This document shows positions 1-11,399 of a stretch of DNA of 64,000 bases, piece after piece (the stretch's first letter is position 1; each line of letters begins with the position of its first letter). A program made the position numbers and the translations under genes. The stretch lies in the NCBI RefSeq assembly GCF_963921235.1, contig NC_086097.1, positions 199,456,001 through 199,520,000 of the forward strand, in the 5' to 3' direction. Under the pieces are notes generated by a model. That model had not been told where the DNA came from and did no database searches. It saw only the letters and a list, made by a program, of their open reading frames with translations. The DNA comes from Mobula hypostoma. Taxonomy: Eukaryota.

Positions 1-269
1 TTCTCAGTATAGTACAGGAGCTGACACTATGTTGTGCAGCAGTAATAGAGGCCATCAGCCCATAGGAAGGCACATTCTCCACTGTGGTCAGACATCAATA
101 CCACAAGCTTGGCTGCAATGGGGGAGATAGCAAAATAACTCAAAACTATGTGGCATTGTGATATATTGTCCTGGTGCAGGAGGGAGAAGCCATGAAGAAA
201 GCTACTGTATACGTTATTGGGAAGGAGGGGATTTGGAGGTGAGTGGTGGGACTGGAGTGGTAAAGGCAC

Positions 270-1520
270 ACGTTTCCCTTTGCATCTCTGATTTTGAATT
301 TTCTCCCCATTTAGAAAATAGGCTACATCTTTACTCATTATACCAAAGTGCATAAATATACACTTACCTACACAATATCCATCTATAACTTCTTTGCCCA
401 TTATGTCAGTCTGTCTCAGTCCATCTGCAGACTCCCTGCTTCCTTAACACTAACTGTCCCTCCATTGTTCGTATCGTCCACAAACTTGGCCACAAAGCCA
501 TCAATTCATCCAAATCATTAACATATAACATGAAAAGAAGTGGTCCTAGCACCAATCCTGCAGAACACAACTGGTCACCAACAACTAATATGAAAAGATG
601 CCCTTTATTCCCACACTTTGCCTCCTACCAGTCAGCCCCACTCTATCCATACTAGTACCTTTCCTGTAATACCATTGGCTCTTATATTACTAAGCAGTCT
701 CATATGAGGCACTTTGTCAAAGGCCTTCTGAAAATCCAAGCAAAAAGACATTTACTGACCCTCTTTTGTCTCTCCTGCTTGTTATTTCCTCTAAGGATAC
801 AATAGATTTGTCAATCAAGATTTTCTCTTTAAGGAAGCCATGCTAACTTTGGGCTACTATATCATGAACTTCCAAGTACCCTGAAATCTTATCCTTAATA
901 CTGGACTCCAACATCTTACCAATCACTGAGGTCAAGCTCAGTGGCCTGTGATTTCCTTTTTTCTGCTTTCCTCTCTTCTTAAAGAGTGGAGTAACATTTG
1001 CAATTTTTCAGTTATTTGGAGCCATTCCAGGATCTAGTAGTTCTTGAAAGATTATTACTAATGCTTCCGCAATCTCTTCTGCTACCACTTTCAGAACTCT
1101 GTGATGTAGTGCATCTGGTCCAGGTAATTTATCTATCTTTTGACCTTTCAGCTTCTCAGGCACCTTCTCCTTAGTAATAGCAATGGCACTCACTTCTTCA
1201 CCCTGACACTTCCAAATTTCTGGCATACTGCAGTGAAAAACGACACAAAATACTTACTAATTTCACCCACCATTTCTTTGTTCCCCATTGCTACCTCTCC
1301 AGTGTAATTTTCCAGTGGTACAACATCCACTCCCGCTTCTCTTTTACTCTTTATATATCTAAAAAACTTTTGGTATCTTCTTTGATATTATTGGCTAGCT
1401 TACCTTCATAAGTCAGCTTTTATCTCCTTAAGGCTTTATTAGTTGCCTTCTGTGGGTTTTTAAAAGATTCCAATTCCTCCAACTTCCCACTAATTTTTGC
1501 TATATCATATACCCTCTCTT
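270..1520 (-). mobile_element. CR1 LINE ORF2 fragment (RT region), decayed
   Basis: Minus-strand ORF pieces such as KLKGQKIDKLPGPDALHHRVLKVVAEEIAEALVIIFQ and GKCIFMHFG are typical CR1 ORF2; many stops and frameshifts. Confidence 0.9.
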
Positions 1521-3710
1521 GGTAGAGTTAACACCATGCCATAGCATAATCATGGTCATGGGATATCTAAATGTCAAAGTGAGAAATAACACCTCACATT
1601 TCACTGGGGTCATAGGCATGCATGGATGTAGAGTGATGAATAACAATGGTGAATAACTGGTGGAATTCTGTGCCATGAATCATCTGGTCATAGGAAGAAC
1701 CTTCTTTCCACATCCTGAAACCCACAAACATGGTGCTCAACCATTGGATGTAACAAGAACCAGAATGACCATTTCCTGATCAATTACTTGTGGAGATGAT
1801 CTTTGCAGGATGTAAAGGTGAAGAGAAGAGCAGATACAGGAAGTGTTCACCACCTCTTTGTAGCAGTGATGAAACTCAAGCTGAGAAGCATTGGGACCAG
1901 AACACATATACAAACACATCTTGATATCAAATAGCTCAAGGACACCAGTATGAGATCTGCCTTCACGATTCAGCTTAAGAACAGATTCCAGGCCTTGCAA
2001 AACCTTGACAAGGATGTGTTAGTAGTCAGGATCGATACAATGTGGAATCTGATTGCCACAGTCTTTAAGGAGAGCAGTGGATCTCATCTAAGATACAGAG
2101 CTGAAAAGAAGATCAAAGAATGGAACATGGACAGGAACAGTAGGAAACAAGGACAGTTTTAGAGGAAAGATGGAAACTTAAGAAGGAAATGTTAGATGTA
2201 AAGTCGACGTGAATTAAGGAGAAACTTCAACTAGCGTATACTGAACCTAACAAGAAAGTGAAGAGACTTGTATGAAAGGATAAGAGTGTCTACATGGAAG
2301 ACCTTGCAGAGGACGCTGAAGCAACAGCCAATCGAGGTGATCAGGGAAATATATACCAGATTCCAGAATTGGTATGCAGAAAGTTCCAGGCCAGATCCAG
2401 TGGTTCTGTGAAAAATAAGAACGATTTGCTATTGACAACTGAGAAAGAGATAATTTCAGAGAAATACTGAATAGACCACCACCAAATGAAGAACATGACC
2501 TTCAAGAGGCAGTAGTGGACCTCAACATCAATGCAGATCAACCCAAGAAAGAAGAGATTGTTGCTGCGATTAAGTTATTAAAGAACATCAAAGCTCCAGG
2601 ATATGACAATTTGAATGTTGAACTGTTCAAAGCTAAACCAAAAGTTGCAGCAGCCATCATGCAACCATTGTTTACTGTAATCTGGGAACATGGGCAAGCA
2701 ACCAAGGACTGGGCAAAGGGAGTTATTGTTAGGATCTCCAAGAAAAGTGTCATGATTGCAACAACCAGCGTGGCATCATACTTTTGTCAGTGCCCAGGAA
2801 GATTCACAGCAAAGTCATTGTCCAACGGATTTCAAATGCTGTTGATGTGTGCTGAAAGACCAAGCTGGCTTCAGGAAGACCAAGCTGGCTTCAGGAAGAA
2901 TAGAGGCTGTGTCGAACAGATCTTCATGCTGCATAACGTCATAGAGCAGTGCACAGAGCAGCACAGACAACTGTGTGTGAATTTCATGGACTTTCAACAG
3001 ACTTTTGACAGCATCCAAAGGGAGAACCTCTGACGAGTTCTCAGATCATATGGAATCCATTCCAAAATTGTTCAGTTTATCCAGAGTTTCTGTGCTAAAT
3101 TCACCTGCACATTTGGGGACTGAAATTTGATCTTTAAAGGCACAACAGGAGTCAGGAAAGGCTGTGTGATGTTGCCGATATTGTTTAATCTGGTGATTGA
3201 CGGGGTCATGAGGCAAACAATAAAAGGTAAGCAGAGAGGCATCAGGTGGAAACTATTCTCTACTTTAGAAGACCTTGACTTTGTGGATGACCTCATATTA
3301 TTACCACATATATACCAGCACATGCAAGAGAAAGCTCAATGCTATGTACCTTTGGTGGACAGGTAGGGCTCACAGTCACCCGGAGAAAGAATGTGACCAT
3401 GACCCTCAATGTAGAGTATCCTTCTCCTGTCAAGGCATACGGCATTGACTTACCCAGCACCCACAGGTTCACCTGCCTGGGCAGCATCATTCAACAGGAT
3501 AGATGGGACCAAGGACAACATTCAGTAAAGGCTCCACAAAGCTCGAAAAATCTCCAGATCAATGAGTAACATATGGAGTAACCAAGGACAGGATCCACAC
3601 CAAGGTGAAGCTGTACCAGAGCTGTGTTCTGTCCTCGCTCTTGTATGGATGAGAATGCCGGTGCATGCCAGAGAACGACGTTGCCAAGCTATCGTCATTC
3701 CATTTTTCTC
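1521..3710 (+). mobile_element. RTE-clade LINE, decayed ORF2 (APE endonuclease + RT)
   Basis: Plus-strand pieces FTIQLKNRFQAL, LKNIKAPGYDNLNVELFKA, EDQAGFRKNRGCVEQIFML, TGVRKGCVMLPILFNLVID, LEDLDFVDD and FTCLGSII follow RTE ORF2 order; interrupted by stops and frameshifts. Confidence 0.88.
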
Positions 3711-5250
3711 ACATCTAGATGTCTCTTAAAAGTTCCTAATGTATCTGCTCACCCCTGGCAGTGCATTCCAGGCACCCTCCACTCTGTTTTAAAACCTTAT
3801 CCCTCACACTTCCTTTGAAATTACCCCCTCTCACTTTAAATTCATGCCCCCTGGTGTTAGACATCTCAACCCTGGAAAAAGATATTGTCTATCTATTATA
3901 TCTATGCCTCTCATGATCTTATAAACCTCTATCAGATCTTCCCTCAGCTTCAGCTGCTCCAGAGAAAGTAACTCAAGTTTATTCAAACTCTTCTTATAGC
4001 ACATGCCCTCCAATTCAGGCAGCATCACGGTAAACCTCTTTTGCACCCTCTCCAAAGGCTCAACTTTCTTCCTATAATAGGGGCAACAGAACTGTGTGCA
4101 ATACTCCTGACTTTTGAACTTAGTGCCTCAATTACTAAGGGCCAGCATGCCATATGCCTTCTGAACTACCCTATCAACCTGTGTAGCCACTTTCGGGGAG
4201 CACCGAACTTGGAACCCAAGATCCCTCTGCTCATCAACACTGTCTTGCACTTAACAGTGCACTGTCTCATTACGTTTGACCCACCTAGTAGCAACACTTC
4301 ACAACTGGATGTGTTAAACTCTATCCGCCATTTTTTCCACTCATATATGCAACTGATCTATATTCTGTTGTATTCCTTGCCATTCTTCAAGGCAATCCAC
4401 ACCACCACCAATCTTTGGATAGTGCAACCCATCCCCCTTGTACAGGTCACCCCAGCCATGGAAGAGGTTCCAATGATCCAAAAATCAGAAACTCTTCCCC
4501 CTGCACCGGTTCCTCAAGCACTCGTTTACCTGCATTATCATCCTAAATCAGCACCTGGCACAGAGAGTAATCCAGAGGTTACTACCTTATGGAGTTAACT
4601 CTTCAGCCTCTTTCCTAACTCCCTATACTGACTATGCAGGATCTCCTGCCCCTATCTACCTATGACAATGGTGCCAATGTGCACCACGATATCTAGCTGC
4701 TCACCTACCCCATTGAGAATATTATGCAGTGGTTCTGAGACATCCTGAACTTGAGCACCTGGGGGGGGGGGGGCAACACACCATCCTGACGTCTCTTTTG
4801 CGGCCACAGGATCTCCTGTCTATCCCCTTAACTATTGAGTCTCCTAGCATCACCACACCACCTGACTTTATCCTTTCCTGCTGAGCTTCAGAGCTGGCCA
4901 CAGTGCCAATGGCCTGGCTACTGCTGCTGTGTCCTGGTAGTTCATCCCTTTAAGGGTATGCCTCCGAGGGGAATGGCCACAGGGGAAGCCTGCACTGATT
5001 GCTTACACCAATTACTTCTCCCGGTGGTCACCCATCTACTATCTGAGCCTGCATTCTGGGTGTGACCAGCTCAGTAAAAGTTTCATCTGTGAAGTTTCAG
5101 TCTTCTGGATGGTCCTGAGTACATTCAGCTCCAGCTCCAATTCCTTGGCCTTGTCAGTCAGAAGCACTTCCCACAGATGCCATCATCAGTGAAATCCTGT
5201 ATCTTGCAGGAGGAGCATTTCACTTCCTCACTGATCATCCTGCCCACACT
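3711..5250 (-). mobile_element. CR1 LINE, internally deleted (3' end, RT and ORF1 pieces)
   Basis: ERVQKRFTVMLPEL...LREDLIEVYKIMRGID at 3831-4055; 4430-5220 resembles the ORF1 region of the copy at 59.7-60.5 kb. Confidence 0.85.
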
Positions 5251-5584
5251 GAATTAAGGACGAAGGATTTGCAGGCAACAAAAAAAAAATGCTTACCTGT
5301 TTTTACCTGTGCCTTCTATCTGAAGCACTTGAGTTTTACATTCACTTGCATCATGACTCAGCACCTGTAGCCTCTGCCATTGTGGGAGCTGCTTTTGTTG
5401 CAATGGGCCAATGTTGGAGTGGGAGGCTTTGGTTCAACAGACTCCAGTCAGAAGAGTAGATGAGAGTGCAACTTGGCAATAGTCATCAAAGCACCTCACC
5501 CTCAACTGGTGTGATTGATGCCCTTTTGAAGCAATCCTCTAACTAACTGCAACAGTGAGAAATTGAAGATATCAATTTCTCACT

Positions 5585-6262
5585 GAGAGGAGAAGATGGC
5601 GGCACAACGCAGCTCGCAGCCACTCCGGTGATGAATATCTGTTATCTGTCAAGTAGGGTGCCGTGCACAATTCAGATTTGATGGAGGCAGACGTGAGAGC
5701 ACGGAGGAACATCTGGTGAAACTTCTGACATGCCTGTTTCACTGCCGCTGCTACTGTGTGATCCAAAATCTCCGGAGGGGAAGGCCCCGAATCCTCGGCT
5801 TTGCCTATTGCCTGTTGCCAGGGCCAGGGTCGAAGCGCTCGGCAGAGGTGGTCCTCAGTGCTCGGTGTCGGAGGGCTGGTCGGAGGCTCGAAGTTTTCAG
5901 ACGGTCTCAGAGTCGGCTGTGGTCGGGTGCTTCCAGGATGCTGTATTGGTAAGTTTGTGGTGCTGGAGGCTCATGGCAGGGAGAGTTTCTCCCTTCTACT
6001 GTCTGCGTGAGATGTTGGGGCTATCGGGACTTTGAGACTTTTTTTTTACTGTGCCCATGGTCTGCTCTTATCAAATTACGGTATTGCTTGCACTGTTGTA
6101 ACTATATGTTATAATTATGTGGTTTTTGTCAGTTTTAGTCTTGGTCTGTCCTGTGTTTCGGTGATATCATACTGGAGGAACATTGTATCATTTTTTAATG
6201 CATGCATTGCTAAATGACAATAAACGAGGACTAAGTGTCCTCATAATCTAATCTAATCTAAT
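5585..6262 (+). mobile_element. Young non-coding, CpG-rich SINE-like/non-autonomous retroelement with (TAATC)n tail
   Basis: Starts with AAGATGGCGGC, CpG-rich body unlike its flanks, AATAAA near the end, tail cataatctaatctaatctaa. Confidence 0.65.
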
Positions 6263-7686
6263 TCCTTGTACGCTCCAGCCGGTTGATTGGCACAGTTTCT
6301 TAGTGGTCCACCAGGTGTACCTTTGGGGCTTTGCGAGGGATCACCCTCTTGGTCTCTGAAACAGAGGTCACAAGGTTGCCACATGGTGCAGGGATCTGCA
6401 CAGCTGTAGATTTATTCTACCTTTAAAAGTATGCATAAAATGCATTGAACTCATCTTTGGTCCTCAGTCTCTTCTGTATGCTGGGAGTAGGAGGATAGCC
6501 AGATGATCAGACTTGTCAAAATGCAGATGTTGGATGACACAGTAAGTGTTCATGATGGTGCTATGAGGTGATCAAGTGTGGCTCCTCTGGTTCCACAGGT
6601 GATATGCTGGTGGTAGTTGGCCAGAGACTTCCTTAAACTGGATTAGTTGAAGACCCCACTCTTTAGGTCTTCTAATCCTCTTCATCTCTAGTTTTGCATA
6701 ATGACATATACCAGTAAAATAAGTGTCAGGTGGCCTGCTTGATTGTCTCTGCAGCCCCACCAACCATCTTCAAAACCAATTTCCACAAAATACACAATCT
6801 TCACTCCAATGGTTGTGTATTTTTGATGCTCCCTACCCTAGATTGTATTCAAAGCTGTTTCTGAATATGAGAATGGCATAGGAAAATAGTGAAAAGTCAG
6901 AAAACAGCCAAGATTTTGCTGAATGATAGAGAAGGTTCAAGAGGCTGAATGGTCTTTATGGTATTCATATGTTATCATTACAATAGTCAACCTCCATTTG
7001 ACCTCCACCCATACCAATAATCTCAACAATGCATTTGTCTGCCCTTTCCTCATCCTCTCCACCTTATTGAGCCGACTATCTACTCTAATCCTGTGATCTT
7101 CTCCCCAACTCTCCAATTTTCCCATTCATGAACTTCCTAATTCTAGCACCCACACCAAGTACAGTCCAAAACACACCTCCTTATTGAGCTACACTCTTGG
7201 TAATCTAGGGAGGGTGTAGAGAGAAAGGCTGTGGGAATTTAGATATCTGAAGCTGTTGCCATGTATTCAAGGAACAGTAACTCTCAAATCAATCCTGAAA
7301 TTTGGCTCCTTCATCCATGTATTGAACAAAGCTTTAATGTGTTTTGGATCCCAGTGACTCTAGCAGAAATCAAAGTGAACATCAATGAGCAGATTATCAG
7401 TGTATAAGTGCTATTTGATTGTACTGTTGCTGAAACCTTCTGTGACTTTGCTGAGATTTCAGAGTAGATTGACAGACAGTAAATGGCAGCATTGACAGCA
7501 TTGATTTTGACTTGATTTCGTTGACTGGGCAATTTTCCACATTGTCGGGTGAATGCTAGCATTGTAGCTGTGTCAGAGCAGTTTGATAGGGTCCTGGGAG
7601 AATGACTAATTCTTTAGCCCAGGTTTCAGCACTACCCTTGGGGAATTGTTGGGTTCCTTGGCCTTTCATACATCCAGTGCACGCAA

Positions 7687-7888
7687 ACAACAGGAATTCT
7701 GCAGATGCTGGAAATTCAAGCAACACACATCAAAGTTGCCGGTGAACGCAGCAGGCCAGGCAGCATCTCTAGGAAGAGGTACAGTCGACGTTTCAGGCCG
7801 AGCCCCTTCGTCTGAAATGTTGACTGTACCTCTTCCTAGAGATGCTGCCTGGCCTGCTGCGTTCACCAGCAACTTTGATGTGTGTTGC
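7687..7888. mobile_element. Penelope-derived fold-back (palindromic) insertion with 14-bp TSD
   Basis: Inverted arms 7719-7796 and 7812-7889; direct repeat tccagtgcacgcaa at 7673-7686 and 7889-7902; arms match the Penelope pLTR at 38.6 and 59.6 kb. Confidence 0.88.
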
Positions 7889-8275
7889 TCCAGTGCACGC
7901 AACTGTTTCTTGATTTCAATCAACCGAAGCTAATTGACTGAATACTGATGGCTGAGATAGAATGGACCCCAAGAAGAAATTCATTTGGACAATGAACTTT
8001 GTATTTATGGCTGAGGATGGTTACAACTGGCTGAAATGAAAATCAAAACTAATTGCAGTGCAAGAAGTCTTAAACTTAAAAACTGGAAAATGCTGGAAAC
8101 ACTCAGCAGGTCAGTTAGCATCTGTGGAAAAAGAAACAGTTAATATTTCAAGTTAAGAGTCTCTTCATTTATAAATGTTTTTGACTTGATTTTGCACTCA
8201 TCTACTGAATTCTTCTATCATTGAGGATATTGTTCTTCATGGAGCTTCTTCATCCCAAAATTTGTTGGGATCTTA

Positions 8276-8820
8276 GGAACAGCCAAGCTGGCATATGTTG
8301 TGGAATTGACAGTACCATGGGAAGATGGTGTCGAAGAAGCTTATGAGAGGAAAAAGACCAAATACTCTGAACTGGCAACTGAAGCTGCCCAGAATGGCTG
8401 GAAGACCAAGATTTTCCCTGTAGAAGTGGAATGCAGGGGATTCGTTGCTACATCTACGACCAGTCTATTGAAGAAGATGGGGGTAAGGGGTCACTCCCTC
8501 CAACAAGCAATCAAGTCCTTGTCAAATGCAGCAGTAGAAAACAGCAATTGGATTTGGATTAAAAGGAAAGACAACAACTGGGCTGCAAGATGAAGACAGG
8601 AGGGTATGGAACTGAGGGGGGTGTATCTGGGACACCAGGTAGCACTGTTGAGCCCTCTGGAGATGTTGTGGGCTTATCAACGAAATGTCAAAGAAGGAGG
8701 GCGCCCACCTGATAACCCCGATGACGTACCTACCCTCCCTCCTTGTCACCACTCCAAGCCCACTGCCAACATCAAGAGTGTCAACTTACCATAGGGATTG
8801 AAACATCAAGTCCTATTAGC
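8276..8820 (+). mobile_element. 5'-truncated HERO-like non-LTR retrotransposon (restriction-like endonuclease C-terminus + 3' UTR)
   Basis: ORF 8300-8593 ELTVPWEDGVEEAYERKKTKY...GWKTKIFPVEVECRGF...NWIW matches the ELTVPW / ERK..KY / PVEVG.RGF pattern of HERO-clade RLE domains. Confidence 0.8.
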
Positions 8821-9104
8821 TCTATTATCTACCACTGAAGATGTGACAGGACTATAGGGACATGCATTCCCATGAGCGAAGAATCAGTAAAGCATAATAA
8901 CACAGGGTCATTTTTTTTTTACAAGTCATGAACTCTCTATGACCTGATCTCTTTATTGATTTGACTTCAATGACTTAGAGCGCTAACCAAGGTTCTGAAA
9001 CCTACCACAAGTATGATCATTCTGTAGTTGCATTCAAGTTCTATTTTGAAAAAGGACAGGAGATACAACCTACACTTAGAAGGACACAACAAACAGGTTC
9101 CCAC

Positions 9105-10005
9105 TTACTTTAAGAAAAGCACTTTCACCCCAGTACCTACGAGAAACAAGGTAATTTGCCTTACTAACTACCGCCCAGTGGCTTATCTAACATCATGAAA
9201 TGCTTTAGGAAATAGGTCATGGCACACATCAACTCCAGCCTTGCAGACAACCTCAACCCATAGCAATTCACCTACTGCCAAAACCAGGCACTTCACTCAT
9301 CTGTGGAGCATCCAGACAGTGAATCACTGATGTTCACCTTCAATACTATAGATCCAAGTAAAATCATCATCAGACTCCAGGGTTGAATTATCTAGTTCGG
9401 CCCTCTTTCATTGATTCTGTTAAAATCATTATTCTATAGATTTGTTGAGTATGCCCACAAGAAAATGAATCTCGGGTTCTTTTATGGTGACATATATGTA
9501 TTTTGATAATTTTTTTTTACTTTGAGCCTTACTTTGAAAGCATGCTAGCTGGATGCAATGCAACTTTGTATAGCAACTGCTCTGTCCATACCCACAGGAA
9601 AGTGCAGGGAGTGTGGGTATTGTTCATAGTAACCAGCTTCCCCTCCATAGATGCTGTCAATGCTTCTCATTGCCTCAGTATAGCAGCCAGCATTATCAAA
9701 GACCCTACCTACCCCTCTCCCATCAGGCAGAAGATACAAAGGCTTGAAAATACATACTAAAAGACTCAAGGACAACTTCTACCCTACTGTTATATGACTA
9801 TTGAACAATTCTCCAGTGCAATAAGATTAACTCTTGACATCTCAATCTACCTTATTACGTCCCTGCATCTTATTGTCTAACTGCACAGCATTTTCTCTGT
9901 AGCTGTTGCAGTTTATTCTGTATTCTGTTATTGCTTTACCTTCTACTCCCTCAAGATGAATTGAACTGTGTGAATACTACAGAAGATAACCTTTCCACTG
10001 CATTT
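9105..10005 (+). mobile_element. Rex1/Babar-like LINE fragments, decayed
   Basis: RT-start motif (taactaccgcccagtggct...catcatgaaatgcttt) and 3' motif AASIIKDPT.P, similar to copies at 33, 36.3 and 49.9 kb. Confidence 0.7.
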
Positions 10006-11399
10006 TCCTCACATTCTATCTGAACATCTCCTAAAAGTCCCTAAAATATCTGGAGGTACCAGTAGAGATCCCTGAAGAACACTGCTAATCACAGATCTCC
10101 AGCTCGACTGTCCCTTTGATCACAATCCTAACGTGTGATATTTCAAAGTGCCAGACATAAGTTCCAAGCTCAAGTCTGATTCATATGTGTCAGTGGAAAA
10201 CATGAATAAACATAGTCAAAATGATGACAATGTGCTAGGTGCAGAGGAGACATCCTAAGCTTCAGTTTTACCAAGATTTCTAAATTGCCAGGGTAGATAT
10301 TCCCATTACACATGGTCTTCATAAGCAGTCAGAGTAAATTCCTACTTTGAAATTCCTGAAGTGTGTTGAGAAATTTCACACCATAGCCTATGCTTTTTCA
10401 TCTTTAAATTTTCTTATTCTGTAAAGATTAAACAGTTTGCAGCTATAAACAGGACTCCCTCAGCTCTATGGGCTTTGGGACACCCAGAGGTCAGAAATAT
10501 GCAAAAGAAATATGTTTGTTTTTTCTTCAATCATTGCCAATGGCTTCAATATCTAAGAAAAAAATGTGTTGACAGTTAAGTTTTTTGAAGAAAATCATGC
10601 TTCTGGCATCTGACATTGAAGCTTTCCTTTCAAAGTCTGAAACATTTGCAGCACAACATTTCCTTTCATTTCCGAGAAGTAAAATATGTCAGCTCATCCA
10701 TCTAAAAGAACAATTGGCACTTAATTTTACATTCTGTAATACGTTCTGGCAATTCCCTGATCAGTAAACAAAATCACCTCATCAGACGTGCACTCTTATT
10801 TTTTCTTTCCAACCAAAGAGAATGGAATTTGTATCTAGAAAATGAGTTTATAATAACACTGGATTATTGTTTCTTTTCCATATTTCAAAAACCAGGGTTG
10901 GCCTATCATCTCTGAACTTGCACATTGAGGGCTATTTCCATAGCGGTATTAAGAAACTGCAGTGCTTTTTCATTAAAGAATCTACACAAGATTTCTGTTG
11001 ATTTTTTACATTGATTTGTTTTTCATTACCATGTCTCACTAAGAATTGTTTTCCTTTTTGGAATTAAAAGGACTTTGCAGCAATGAATGAAACTCCTTTT
11101 GAATGTTACTAAATTAGTATATATAGATTGCACCAATTCCTTCCATTGCCTCTTTCTAAAATCAAATCTATGAAGTAACTTGTTCTAAAGTATATTTCAC
11201 AGTGCTGAATTGTTTGGCAACATATATTTAATTGTACAAATTAACCCTGAGAAGTTATAATCAACAGTATCACAGTAAGATTGTGGGAGTCGCGACGTGT
11301 GTTGAGTAGGATCAAATTAAAGGTATGCAGGGCCTGTCAGAACTTTCAGCTGAATTTGAGATCAATTAGATAATTAGCAAGTGCCAATAAAAATAAATA

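Noticed and set aside
4041..4598. 185-aa plus-strand ORF as a gene
   Set aside because: It is the antisense shadow of a minus-strand CR1.
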